From Styela clava (taxonomy: Eukaryota): a stretch of 64,000 nucleotides of DNA. Location of the stretch: NCBI RefSeq assembly GCF_964204865.1, contig NC_135250.1, positions 8,928,001-8,992,000 on the forward strand, read 5' to 3'. A model generated the notes under the pieces. The model did no database searches, was not told the origin of the DNA, and was given only the letters and a program-made list of their open reading frames with translations. This document shows, piece after piece, positions 26,385 to 40,493 of this stretch. The translations under genes and the position numbers were made by a program. Positions within the stretch are counted from its first letter, which is position 1, and each line of letters starts with the position of its first letter.

Positions 26385-27991
26385 CCACTGGGTCACCAAT
26401 CCACATACATTTGCATATTTGTGTGTCTTGATTTTTTTATATGCACTTATTTCTCTGTAATTTAGCATAAATATATATATAAACATAATTATCGGATTTG
26501 ATATCCTTTATTTGGGTGAATTTTTGTAAATGTAATAGTTGAATCAGTGTTTTCAGCTGGGTTGCTCGACCTAAAAGGGAAATTGACTCTTGAACTATCG
26601 GAAAGAACTTGACTACTTTCCTCCTTGACTTCTTCTCTTTTTTCGCCAAAATGATTTTTTCTGTCTTATTCCACATATTCACACCTTAATATTTTTGGGG
26701 GGCCTCGACGATTGACCTTATTTATTATATTTTTTACTTTAACTTCTCAATGCTTAATTTTTTCATTCCTTTTTTATTCGTAGTGCACACGCATAAACTT
26801 TATTTTATCTCTACAACTTTCCTTGTCTGTTTTTCTAGATTACTTTCCTCTTTGGCCAGAATAATTTTTTTTTCATCTATACTTATTTCAACATTTCCAA
26901 TCTTGATTTTCTTTGGGGCCTCATTAAACTTTTTTCTCTACAACTTTGCTTGTCTGTTTTCCTAGACTACTTTCCTCCGTGACTTCTTTTCTCTTTGGCA
27001 AGAATGATTTTCTTTTATCTGTACTTATTTCACAACATTTCCAATATTAATTTTCTCTGGGGCCTCGCTTTATTATTTTTTCCGATGAGATCTGCAACTT
27101 ATTCGAGTATGTCACAGAAAACTGAAAGTTTCAAAGTGGAATCTATGAACGCAGTTGCTGTCACGGACATAGAATGTGAAACAGTATCAACAATCCATAC
27201 AAACATTCCAAACGAGACACATAAACTGTCAAATCAGTCTAAACGTATGAGCTGCCATTCGAAATATGAACATTTATGCAGAAAAGAACATGATACGGAG
27301 GAATACAACTCACTTGAATCAATTAATGTTGAATACAAAACATTTGATAACTTTGGGATTTCGTTGGAGCAGGTACCACACAACTTTGTCTGCTAACTGT
27401 CATTCTGCTTCCTTCCATTAAATATTATGATATCCTATAAAAAGATTGAAAAAAAAGCTGATCTCTCAACTCTAGCGGATCACGCGACACAATCATAAGA
27501 GTCCGAGACCCTTACATTGTATATATACTATGGACGTTGTGTAAAAACGCGTTGCGTTATTGTAAACTCAAAATTTTCGGAAACTTGATATATCTTCTGT
27601 TTCTAGTTTATTCAATAAATTTAACACGGCCTTCGGAATGTGTTCATTAGAACATTTTCAAATATTTTATCTGGTCTTCTCAAAATAGTGTAGCAAAAAT
27701 TCTATTCTACAGACATTTAGAAATATTTGAATGTATATTTTGAAATTATTGTGGTGGTTATTGCTCTACTAGAGGTGCGGTTGACGTGTTGTGGAGTAGC
27801 GATTCTTGAAATGGGTGAAGCAGATATGAAAAAGCGAAAAAAACTCGGATGGGGAGATTCATTCAAGCACATTTCAAAAGATTAAAAATATGGAAACTTG
27901 TTTTGGGTATGTGCCAGTTGTAAAACGCCCTCAGAAATAGAAACTCAAAGTTAGGCTGTTAGTGAGAAGTCAATTAAGCTATAGTATAGGG

Positions 27992-28993
27992 CCGGCCTGC
28001 CCAACCCTTTTAGTGTCGCGGGCCACTTTCACATAAAGAATTCATTGCGGGCCACAATCGTTTTTACCAAACTTAAATACCAGCCAAGTTCTGTTTTACG
28101 TCGTTTTGTAAAATTCGAATGACCAATACAAGTACCTAACAAAGCAACGTTTTTAGGATTTCCGAACGAATATATTGAATATGTAGGAATGACATCAAGT
28201 CAATATTATCACAATTTTAAACGGATTCGCAGTAACTAAATTTCAGAATTTTTATTTAACGCAAAATTAGCATGACCACAATAGAAAAATGCAAACAGAA
28301 GAAAAAAAACGAATGCCGGACCCAGTAGCAAATATATTGTTCACTTTTTTTACGGCGGCGATAAGGAATATCAAAATCGACACGAATAATATGTAATAAG
28401 AATGAAATTAATTTCGACAATAGCTTTCGAGTTTGTCAAACAAAACGCGCAGTTCCGCAAGATATGAAAAACCTAAACATCAAAGTCCACCAGATCGCAA
28501 GACGTGATATCTGCGTGATATGGAGAACCGACATTTGGATAAAGATGGCCGGAATGAACACAGCAAAATCACGAAACATACCTTACTAGCCTATAGAAAA
28601 TATCTGTATCTGAAATCCCAATTGTCATTCACGGCTCGTTGGAAAGTGGTGGTTGAATACATTCAATACAACACACTGGAATAGGCAAATCGTTCGTATC
28701 ACTAATTGAAAGCGATGTCTCGAAAATTGTGATTTCAAAGCTGACTATGATAAAAAGGAAGTCCAGATATCTCTCTCCGACAATCACGTCCGCAAAGAGA
28801 CTTGAAAAGTGGCATTTCTCGACCGTTTAAACAAGGAATAATGTTTTTATGGCATGTGTCAATATTTTCTTAGGTTTGTGGGAGACATCGAGATAAGTTT
28901 AGCATACCAAATTCTGGAAAATGCCGCGCGGGCCACTCGGAACCCTTCAGTGGGCCAGATGTGGCCCCGCGGGCCAGGTGTTGGACGACCCTT
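27992..28993. mobile_element. Same hAT element, unit 3
   Basis: Same ends and TSD. Confidence 0.78.
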
Positions 28994-30392
28994 GTATAGC
29001 GTCTCCGCCACGGGCTTAGTCGAAAAAACGAGTTTTAGAGTCTATTTCGCAACTCAAGACCAAGGGGTTCATACTCGGGCTGTCAGTACAATGTAAATTC
29101 ATACTACTTGCTGGCGTTTGCAAATTTGTGTGCGTATAGAAATTTTATACAGAATGACAAGGAGTTTTATATCCTCGAATATCTTTCTCGATTAAAGCAT
29201 TGTTATTTGCAAAATGTAATGATGTGAAAAAAATATTTCCAATCATAAGGCAGTTAAACATGGAGATTCCCGAGATATTTATTGAGATTTCCAGTTTGTT
29301 TCGAGTGTTTAAAATCATTACTAAATAATCATACCTCCCGCGGTGTAGATATATTTTATCAACTTTCTCACTTGCCTTTGCATCTTATTTGATCAACGGA
29401 GAATTTTGAAATATCCGAAGCAGCTCACTCGAATGCACTGTGATGATTTTGGGAATATTTGTAAGTAATCGTGGCAACGCAACTCGTGTACGACCGATTT
29501 CTTGGAGAACTATTTTATTCATTGGCGCAACTTAATTGGATGATTCAGGAAGAGCTGTAACCTGGATTTGACCTTCGAATACTTATAATACACAAATAGT
29601 GGCATAAAATTCTCTACTCCGAATTATTTACTGACAACGTTTTAAAAAACATCAGTAAATAAATAAATAATAAATAAATACCACCCGCATGTTAAAACAA
29701 CGTTGTATCTATGCATTCTAAGATGTAACTGTTTGAATTACTAGAGATATTTATTAAGGGTCCGTTTAATGAATGTTTCGAATAAATCTTTCCGAATGAA
29801 TTCATTCACTCATGACAATATTTCTGTTTGGATCACTGACCATGACCTTTTGTAACATGGCAACTACCGATTACATAACAATGGTTAAACAATGCCCTTG
29901 GCAACCTTGGTATCCATGAGAACCAGAGACAACCAATCATGTACCTCTGTACTTTTGCAATTAGTCTTGTAGTCTGTTCTGCCGAGTCTTCACTCGTTCG
30001 GTCGAGGGGGTTTAAGTTTCAATCGTACGATGTTTTCGATAGATGTTTCTGCGTGGCTTGTTATGCTAACCATTTCCTGGTGAGAAATGATAATAATGTT
30101 GGGCTATATGTGCCAATGCAATATTACTTCATGGTAACGTTATATTTAATGACTCAATCTGACGGATCGAATACCGGTGCAAAATCTAACACCTATTGTC
30201 TAATCCGATTTTAATTTTCCGAATTCTGTCCAAATCCAAGTTTTTATAGTAATCAGACTTAATCAATATGTTATATTTTATAGCCTTGGAATAATACAAT
30301 CAATTACGTTACATCCCATTCTTGCTAGCCAATTTCAATATGGGGATAGCGTGCTGTAAATGCACAGATGGAGATAATGATGAAACGATTAA

Positions 30393-32346
30393 CTCTTTGA
30401 ACTCTGATGGCTCTGAGCAAAGTTACTCGCTCACCCTGAAGGTTCGCGGCGCCGTATTGGTAGAACAATAAAATAAGTCTAAATACTGGCTATTTGGCAC
30501 GCTTATAACTTTTTACCAATTATAGGTAGCACGTTGTGTGACATTTCAATCGAAAGGAAATTTTATCGTGCATTCAGAATGTATTTTCCATTTTGAAATA
30601 CATTTTGTCAAAATTAATAAAATTGACTCTAATCTAACAGTGATTTTTCTGCATGTATGTGAGTTTTGGCTTGAAATTTTGTTAGTTTGGTACAAAATAT
30701 ACTGCCAATATTTGATGTTCATAAAGAGTTTTTTATAAGCTTTTTGTTGATATTCGAATTACTATTGTGGCTGCCATATAACCAATTTTATATTTAAATA
30801 TTTAATTGTGTATCATTGTGTCGGGTGAACAACTGCGATAAGCGGCCATGACGCACTGATTACGCAGGTACGCAAAAGCCGATCACGTGACTACCGTCAT
30901 GAATATGTTGATAAGTACGTTCGAAACGTATTGCGTGGCAAAATGCGCGAGATAACTTTCACGACGACGTTCTCAGCGGGACATCGGTCGCCGAGTTTCG
31001 ATATGATATTAACCCTGTATGGATTGAAGTACCGACGTCGAGTAATGCGTGCAGTAATAGCAAAGTGAAGGGAAGCTAATATCGTCATATAAAATTTCAC
31101 GTGGAAAATGTTTTATTCGCCCATAGGTATTTGTTCAAATATCAACCAAAATAAGTACTTGCCTGCTCTGCAGATTAAAATATCTGATTGTACGAATGTT
31201 AGGCGAAGCAAGTGGATGGATCAATATCTGAGAGCACTAATAATGCAGAAAGAGCAACTCTTATTCCAACAAGATCATATGCATCGCCAGAACTAGATAC
31301 CCCACCGCAAAACGCCAGTTCTAATAATAGATGCGTCGTATGCAGCAAAATTTACGTTATTGCCAAAAAACCAATCCAGCTGCTAAAGACAAAGCGTTGC
31401 TGAAACGATGCGAGACAGTATATAAGTACAAATACTGTAATGAGTACCTATGTATAGGTAACGAAACCAACAACCATTGGTATAACTGGCACAACAAAGT
31501 GCAATATTGGATCTAGAATGTGTCTTTTATCTGCATAATATTTTCATGTTCTTCATTGTTCCTGGCACAACAAAGTGCAATATTCAATTTAAATTTTTTA
31601 GCAAGCAGTCTTTTATGTACATACATTTTTCATGGACTTTATTGTTCTGTTATTCGCTAAGATAATCACAATCTTGTTCATGTTGCGTATACGTAACCAC
31701 AACTTAAAGAGGCTTGGGCAGTCAAAGTGTAGTGCGAATTTTGAATGCGTAGCATCGGGTTAATTAATTACTTCCTGCGGACATTTAAATGATAACATCT
31801 CGACGTAACGTTATTGCGGATATCGTCACGTTTAGTTGCATTTGCGTAATATACGTAAAGTTGTGCGTGACGAGACGTTGCCTCTCTTCAATGAGAACAC
31901 CAATTTGACGCAGCGTCGCTGTTAAATCTACAGATAATCTAATATATTTGGCCATAAAATTTGAATGGCTTATCGTAAAATCGTTTTGGATACGTATATG
32001 AAAAGCTATTCAAATTCTCCACATATATTGCCGATTGAATATGTGGCTATTTAGGCAAGAAATCGAAATTCTTTATATTAAATATTTGTTATCATACAAT
32101 AATTTCATACGCACTTTCAAATTGCCAATTTTACTGAAACATCGTATTTTAGAGCACCGATATTTACAATATAATTAGTCCCAATAACAAGCTTTCATGC
32201 AATATAAAATTTATTTAAATACTCATTGTGGTTCTTGAGATACGATATCATAAAGTTGATTCCCTCCGACAAGCCGGTAAACCGGCTTGCCGGGGCACAG
32301 AGCGTACTCAAACAAGCCGGTAAACCGGCTTGCCGGGTTCAAGCGG
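30393..32346 (+). mobile_element. piggyBac-like non-autonomous (internally deleted) transposon, 1954 bp
   Basis: Present only in unit 4; the other units show the empty site. TTAA is duplicated at 30389-30392 and 32347-32350. Imperfect TIRs CTCTTTGAACTCTG / revcomp CCGCTTGAACCCGG. Contains a remnant of the transposase C-terminal Cys-rich domain. Confidence 0.92.
31150..31516 (+). pseudogene. Frameshifted C-terminal fragment of a piggyBac transposase (cysteine-rich domain)
   Basis: Joined frames read ...NNRCVVCSK/NLRYCQK...KRCETVYKYKYCNEYLCIG..NHWYNWH, matching the RCxxC...RxETxYxCxxC..LC....C(F/W)xx(Y/W)H pattern of piggyBac C-terminal domains, with some Cys decayed. No DDD core visible. Confidence 0.8.
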
Positions 32347-32737
32347 TTAACAAAAAGAGAAAAATGACGAAAACGCAAAGGCGGCGTTGGTTAAGGCGGA
32401 GAAAAACAGATGGAGAGATATTTCAATCGACTGAACCAACGAGGGAATCGCTAGATGCAGAGAAGCGGGAAACAGGTCAAATCGCTTTTAAAAAGCAGCA
32501 GCTTTCGTTGTGAGTAACAATATTAATTTAATTCGAATAAGTGAATACTTTTTTTTATAGTTAAACTCAGAATTAAAACGGTTGTTAATATAACAAACAT
32601 ATTTTTTGATGAAATAATTTTGTCGTTGATAACACCGCCCACTTTTATCAATCTTGTCCTGCTAGGAATCTTGAAGTGAAGTAGTACTTTTCAATGATAC
32701 ATCCTAAATTAGGATATATGGGTTACCAGCATATTGA

Positions 32738-32985
32738 CATAGAGATACTCCCGAAGTATAGTAACCAAGATGGCGGACACCGGAACGTGGTATGTGTACG
32801 AGGTTAGGGTTACGCCATAATTTAATTCCAATTTTCCGTATTTTAGTTCTATTATGGGTTTGCGGTCTAGCCAAATGACTCCCGTAATATTTGTACCTGA
32901 AATTATGGCTCAACCCTGACCTACTACACATACTACGTTCCGGTATTCGCCCTCTTGGTTCACATACTTCGGGAGTACCGACATG
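32738..32985. mobile_element. Same foldback MITE, array copy 4
   Basis: Same inverted repeats. The element is absent from copies 3 and 5. Confidence 0.8.
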
Positions 32986-35900
32986 AAAATCTCTCGAAAC
33001 GCTTTTTCCCAATAACACTAATCGACCAGAAAGTGGTATTTTTGCACGCGCAACATTTAATGATCTGTTATCCAATATATGAAAGCAAATATAAGTCAAT
33101 GTGAAAATAATTGTATTTATTTATCTCCTCCCATTTTCCTTATGTTCCGCATGACATTTCCAATATTCCGGCACACAGTCCCATCATATTAAGATTAACT
33201 TTACTCGGAAAAAAATATTATTGTCTGTGGACGAAGAACTTTATGAATCAATTGACATGCATTAAATGGAATGAACATTGGTAACGATGGCTGCAAAAAG
33301 ATGATGAATCTTGTATTAACAACAACAAATAAATTGAAAAGAAAAAGTGTGAAGATTTTTCTATGGTCAGGAACTGCGTTTCGTTCATAACGAACAAAAC
33401 CCAACCACAATGTAATGATATCCCACATCATAAACAATTCATAACATTAAGAGATAGAAGCTGACTGCGAGTAACATATTCATCTTTAGCCGATTTCTCA
33501 TTTATTTTATTCTATTAGTATCAGTTCGATTTGAATATTTTTGTCTTTTACCATTTCTTCAGAAGACGCTGTTTCTGATTTGTCATTCAATTTAAGTTGG
33601 TTTATACTTTATAGAATCAGTCTGAATTTGCTTTACAGAAAAATTGAAATTTTCCTATTTTAGCGGGCTTGTAAAATGGCATTTCTTTAGTGAATTTCAT
33701 TCCTACTATCAATTGCATACATTTAAAAATATTTAAAAAAAAAAACAGTTTGCTAAAAAAAGGTAATATAATATTTCATCATCAACTAGTAGCCGAAGGC
33801 ATTTTCAACTCATTCGCGTAACGTAGATGGCTTTAAATAGTATGCATATTTACAAAATGTTATTGGCATATGCATTTTTAGAAATGGAACTTTTGGGAGG
33901 AGAAATCCCCCGAAGCCTTTGCGAATATACCTGGGGAATCGTTTACAAGAGTAAGTTTTTACCTGTTTTATTAATTTGCCGTTGCCACGATTCACTTTTC
34001 ACAAAACGCTATTTTTACAGAACTCAAAGAGTTTGGGAGACAAAGCTGCTTTGGGCATCGGATTTGAAATCCAATTACACTGCGCTACTTCTACGAGGAC
34101 TAGTTCTTTCTTCCAGGAGGGTAATGTGTCCATTTACTCTTTCGAAATATTCACAGTATTCACACGTTTGGACGGTTCATATTATATGTAATCTGCTGAT
34201 ACAAATTGAAACTCATCCTGTTAAGACAAGATGCATGTCAAGGCATCAAATTGAGTATCTTTTCGTATAAATTAATCCTTATTCGGTATATTGACAGACA
34301 CGTCATGTTACAAGAGTAAATGGGCTAATGTCATCAGTCAACGTTGTCAATACCACTAATAAAAAATGCATCGAATCATTTTCCACAAGAGTCTCGAAAT
34401 TTCAATCAACAGTAAGTATATTGGTTTCTGAAAACAAAAACAAAAATTTGTGTCACTATTAGTAGTATTCCATGTAGTTGTTAATATTTTATCATATTTT
34501 CAGAATTGTAATCCGATGCAAAAATTTGATCCACTGAGGTAAGCGCTTTATATTTAAAATATTTTTTATCAATAGACATAAACTTTGAAATTCATACCTG
34601 AGCAATTTATACAATTAGCCATATAGAAATATTCTGTTTTATATATCTAGAAATGGGAATTTCACAGGAGTGATCTCCATGAGGAAGACACTCAGAAACT
34701 ATTTGCAACAGTAAGTTCATGAATTATATCATTAACTTGGCATTGTTCTTGCAATTTATACTTTAAAACGAGATTAATTTTTCGCAGAACTCGAATGGCG
34801 TGGGAACAAAGTTCCTTGTTATGGGCTTCCAACGTCAAAGTAAACCCAGGTCGTTGTGTGGAGATTGTTCAAAGTATTGTTCGTTTTACTTTTGAGGGAA
34901 CTTTCAACAGACGTATTTTTATAATCAAGAATATGCTTATTTCAGCCTGCTTAGAAATGCGGAATAGGTCGCTATAAATATGTATATTGATTTTTTAACT
35001 GGTTCGTGTCCACAGCACACAACACAATGTGAAGAGTTTATAGATCTTGGAGAGTAAAATTAACGCTTGCCTTTAAAAATATCGAATAGGTGTGTGAAGC
35101 ATTTTTACCAAATGGTATCCATCTTCACCTGTTTTTATTTAAACAGGCATCTCCGATGTCTCTTAAAGCAGGAAAACTGATTTCGGCCATTCCTATTGGC
35201 CATATGAGGTCGGCCAAATTGGCAAATGACGAATCAAAAGTAAGTTCGGTACTTAAAAATAAATATAGTATTGACTGACAGTAATTAAGATAAAACACTT
35301 CCAGATAGGGGAAATGCAAATTAACATAAAGTTCAGACATGGTTTCTTTATTTTTGTATTTGGTTAATTGGTATAACGCGTATCCAAACCCCTTTTTTGT
35401 ACCTTCATCTTAGTGAGTCCCCATGCTAAGCGTGCACGTATATAAACTACCGCTAAGACTAACTTTTCGAATGCTTATTTTAAAATATTCAGCCGAAAAA
35501 AGAAATTGTTTCATCTAGCAATTTGACAGATCTTAAAACATTGGGTTGCAAAAGAGATGAAACGTTAGTTCAGTCAAGGGTAGGTTGATTTTATTATTCG
35601 TAATTCGCAAATTTCTGTGTCAACTAAAAACTATATATTTTTTTGTTTTCTGTATTTTAAGAATTATCAGGAGAACAGATTCCATCAAACTATGTATGTA
35701 TCTTTTTTCATTTGAATAAAATATATATGTTAAAAATTCAATATATTATTCACGTTTCTGTTTTATTTCAGGGAAATTGCAAAACTTAAACAACAGAACG
35801 AGAGAACGAAAATAAAAATCAAACGACAGATTCAGGTGATATATCGACGATCATGGCTGACAAATATTTTACTCGAAAATAAAAACGATTAGAAAGTTCA

Positions 35901-38900
35901 TATACAAGAATACAAAGTATAATTAATTAATTAAGCGCAAACAATAAACCAATTGTTCATATCAAAACAAAAACTGATCAAAATGTGATCGACTTTTAGG
36001 AACGACATGAAATGGCGCAGGACAGAAGCCATCGATTCACTAATCCGAAGGTCAGCTATATTTATTCTAACACACATACTCTAATCATTCATCAATTTTG
36101 GCTGCTTTTTACTATGCTCTGCACTGCTTATTTACTATGCTCTAATATTGTAATAGACACTCATGGATTTCATTTTTAGACACCGTGTTTTGTTAACTGC
36201 GAGGTTAATAAATCGGCGATTCATAGCAGTCCTACAAATGTGAGATCTGCTTCAAACGAAGTTAAACGTGAATCAAAAGTAAGTATATTCATCGGATGTA
36301 TTGTGATAAAAAAAAATTACATTTTATTTCTTTAATATTCAACAATAATTAATGAGTAAAATTTGAGCGAAAAAGGGGATTTTTATGATAATTCCTATTT
36401 TTAATCCGTTTCATTTCTTATTTCAAGTGCTTTCCTGGAGAAAACGACGTCCGGCCACGTCTGTGAGTATAATATCTATTTTTTCATTTATTAATATGAT
36501 TGAAATTTTGGGTAACGAATTTAGAGTACTTCTCTTTTTTAAGTGGATTTGTAAGATTCAAGGAAAAGAATAAAAAAAGGATGGAGACAATCAGGAGGCG
36601 GAGAGAGGTGAAGTAATAACAGAAACATTAAAGAAAATTATTTCAAAATTTGAAAAAAAATATTCGAAAAGTTTTTACAAGCTGATATAGAAAATTGCAT
36701 GTTTTCACTGGAGTGGGAGCAGGATTTGCATTTCCTAAATTCCCCAGAGTAGAAGTTTTTGTTACAAAAATTCGATTATTCCGGATTTCATAGCTGGAGT
36801 GGGAGTCGGTCCTGAAATATGGTCCGAGTCCGGATGCGTCAGGCGGAGTCGATTTGAATTCTCTCCGGCTCTAAATCCCTGTAAAAGTAAAAAATGATTT
36901 CCATCCTTTTAGGAACTCGAAGAAAGAGTTCGGCAGATGGATGAAGACCTCAGAATATCCAAAATGAAGGTCTGGTATTTATTTATTTATACTAGATTTT
37001 TTTACTTTTTCTCCATTTCAACTTTAAACTTTGGATCAATATTTCTATCTTAAGTTTGTATGAAAAATGTCTTATTCTATTTTTGAGTTTAGTGTTTTGA
37101 TAACTTTTTTGACCAAACTTCATTATGGTTTTATTATTGCCATCTAAGCACCTTTTCGAACAGATTTGAAGAATATTATTTGGTAAAGCAATCACTCGCA
37201 CATTTCATGTTTGACACAGTTAGAATCACGAATATTCTAAAATCTATTCCGCTTATTTTTTTTTTTAGCTTGAACGATCTAATTCAGAGAATACTGTAAA
37301 ACATCATCAAACCGAAGTTGGTAAGTATCATAATCCATTTCGCTATGTTAAAATATCAACCCAATTTCATCTGAATATGACGACATTTGTGGTATTTAGA
37401 TTTATTAGTTTGCCGCAAAATAGAAAGTGTATTTGTGAGATTTGGTTGGGTCATAGCCCAAGTTCGTGAGACAAAATAAGATATAACTGCTAAGATTAAG
37501 ATTATAATAATTGCTGAGTCAAGTAATTAGAATGTAATAAAAATATGAAGATGGAAGGATTTAGTCTGTCTAATTTTGGTTATGCGCATACGAAGTAGAC
37601 AAGGAGAAAGGATCTGCAGTTTAACATAATATCCTAGTACCCAACGTAGTTCAAACTGATGGTTACAAATTAGTATCGTGGAAATTCCATTACGAAGTCG
37701 ATAGGTGCTTTTCTAGAATATTAAAACATATTTAAAAAGATAAAATCATCATTCGACTCGCATGGGATACAATATTTTATAAAATACTACAAAAATGTAA
37801 AAGATCAATATCCCTATCTCATATTTACAGGTGACAGCAGAAACAGGGAATGCCGAAACTCCCAGCAATGTTTTCCGCCATAACCACTGGGTCACCAATC
37901 CACATACATTTGCATATTTGTGTGTCTTGATTTTTTTATATGCACTTATTTCTCTGTATTTTAGCATAAATATATATATAAACATAATTATCGGATTTGA
38001 TATCCTTTATTTGGGTGAATTTTTGTAAATGTAATAGTTGAATCAGTGTTTTCAGCTGGGTTGCTCGACCTAAAAGGGAAATTGACTTTTGAACTATCGG
38101 AAAGAACTTGACTACTTTCCTCCTTGACTTCTTCTCTTTTTTCGCCAAAATGATTTTTTCTGTCTTATTCCACATATTCACACCTTAATTTTTTTGGGGG
38201 GCCTCGCCGATTGACCTTATTTATTATATTTTTTACTTTAACTTCTCAATGCTTAATTTTTTCATTCCTTTTTTATTCGTAGTGCACACGCATAAACTTT
38301 ATTTTATCTCTACAACTTTCCTTGTCTGTTTTTCTAGATTACTTTCCTCTTTGGCCAGAATAATTTTTTTTTTCATCTATACTTATTTCAACATTTCCAA
38401 TCTTAATTTTCTTTGGGGCCTCATTAAACTTTTTTCTCTGCAACTTTGCTTGTCTGTTTTCCTAGACTACTTTCCTCCGTGACTTCTTTTCTCTTTGGCA
38501 AGAATGATTTTCTTTTATCTGTACTTATTTCACAACATTTCCAATATTAATTTTCTCTGGGGCCTCGCTTTATTATTTTTTCCGATGAGATCTGCAACTT
38601 ATTTGAGTATGTCACAGAAAACTGAAAGTTTCAAAGTGGAATCTATGAACGCAGTTGCTGTCACGGACATAGAATGTGAAACAGTATCAACAATCCATAC
38701 AAACATTCCAAACGAGACACATAAACTGTCAAATCAGTCTAAACGTATGAGCTGCCATTCGAAATAGGAACATTTATGCAGAAAAGAACATGATACGGAG
38801 GAATACAACTCACTTGAATCAATTAATGTTGAATACAAAACATTTGATAACTTTGGGATTTCGTTGGAGCAGGTACCACACAACTTTGTCTGCTAACTGT

Positions 38901-39491
38901 CATTCTGCTTCATTCCATTAAATATTATGATATCCTATAAAAAGATTGAAAAAAAAGCTGATCTCTCAACTCTAGCGGATCACGCGACACAATCATAAGA
39001 GTCCGAGACCCTTACATTGTATATATACTATGGACGTTGTGTAAAAACGCGTTGCGTTATTGTAAACTCAAAATTTTCGGAAACTTGATATATCTTCTGT
39101 TTCTAGTTTATTCAATAAATTTAACACGGCCTTCGGAATGTGTTCATTAAAACATTTTCAAATATTTTATCTGGTCTTCTCAAAATAGTTTAGCAAAAAT
39201 TCTATTCTACAGACATTTAGAAATATTTGAATGTATATTTTGAAATTATTGTGGTGGTTATTGCTCTACTAGAGGTGCGGTTGACGTGTTGTGGAGTAGC
39301 GATTCTTGAAATGGGTGAAGCAGATATGAAAAAGCGAAAAAAACTCGGATGGGGAGATTCATTCAAGCACATTTCAAAAGATTAAAAATATGAAAACTTG
39401 TTTTGGGTATGTGCCAGTTGTAAAACGCCCTCAGAAATAGAAGCTCAAAGTTAGGCTGTTAGTGAGAAGTCAATTAAGCTATAGTATAGGG

Positions 39492-40493
39492 CCGGCCTGC
39501 CCAACCCTTTTAGTGTCGCGGGCCACTTTCACATAAAGAATTCATTGCGGGCCACAATCGTTTTTACCAAACTTAAATACCAGCCAAGTTCTGTTTTACG
39601 TCGTTTTGTAAAATTCGAATGACCAATACAAGTACCTAACAAAGCAACGTTTTTAGGATTTCCGAACGAATATATTGAATATGTAGGAATGACATCAAGT
39701 CAATATTATCACAATTTCAAACGGATTCGCAGTAACTAAATTTCAGAATTTTTATTTAACGCAAAATGAGCATGACCACAATAGAAAAATACAAACAGAA
39801 GAAAAAAAAACGAATGCCGGACCCAGTAGCAAATATATTGTTCACTTTTTTTACGGCGGCGATAAGGAATATCAAAATCGACACGAATAATATGTAATAA
39901 GAATGAAATTAATTTCGACAATAGCTTTCGAGTTTGTCAAACAAAACGCGCAGTTCCGCAAGATATGAAAAACCTAAACAACAAAGTCCACCAGATCGCA
40001 AGACGTGATATCTGTGTGATATGGAGAACCGACAGTTGGATAAAGATGGCCGGAATGAACACAGCAAAATCACGAAACATACCTTACTAGCCTATAGAAA
40101 ATATCTGTATCTGAAATCCCAATTGTCATTCACGGCTCGTTGGAAAGTGGTGGTTGAATACATTCAATACAACACACTGGAATAGGCAAATCGTTCGTAT
40201 CACTAATTGAAACGATGTCTCGAAAATTGTGATTTCAAAGCTGACTATGATAAAAAGGAAGTCCAGATATCTCTCCCCGACAATCACGTCCGCAAAGAGA
40301 CTTGAAAAGTGGCATTTCTCGACCGTTTAAACAAGGAATAATGTTTTTATGGCATGTGTCAATATTTTCTTAGGTTTGTGGGAGACATCGAGATAAGTTT
40401 AGCATACCAAATTCTGGAAAATGCCGCGCGGGCCACTCGGAACCCTTCAGTGGGCCAGATGTGGCCCCGCGGGCCAGGTGTTGGACGACCCTT
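39492..40493. mobile_element. Same hAT element, unit 4
   Basis: Same ends and TSD. Confidence 0.78.

Larger units (their letters stand above)
30340..37883 (+). pseudogene. 18-exon orphan gene, copy 4, disrupted
   Basis: Exon 1 is split after ...DETIN by a piggyBac-like insertion (30393-32346). The exon-7 donor is mutated GT>GG at 34897-34898 (GAG|GGAACT versus GAG|GTAACT in the other copies). Confidence 0.8.
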
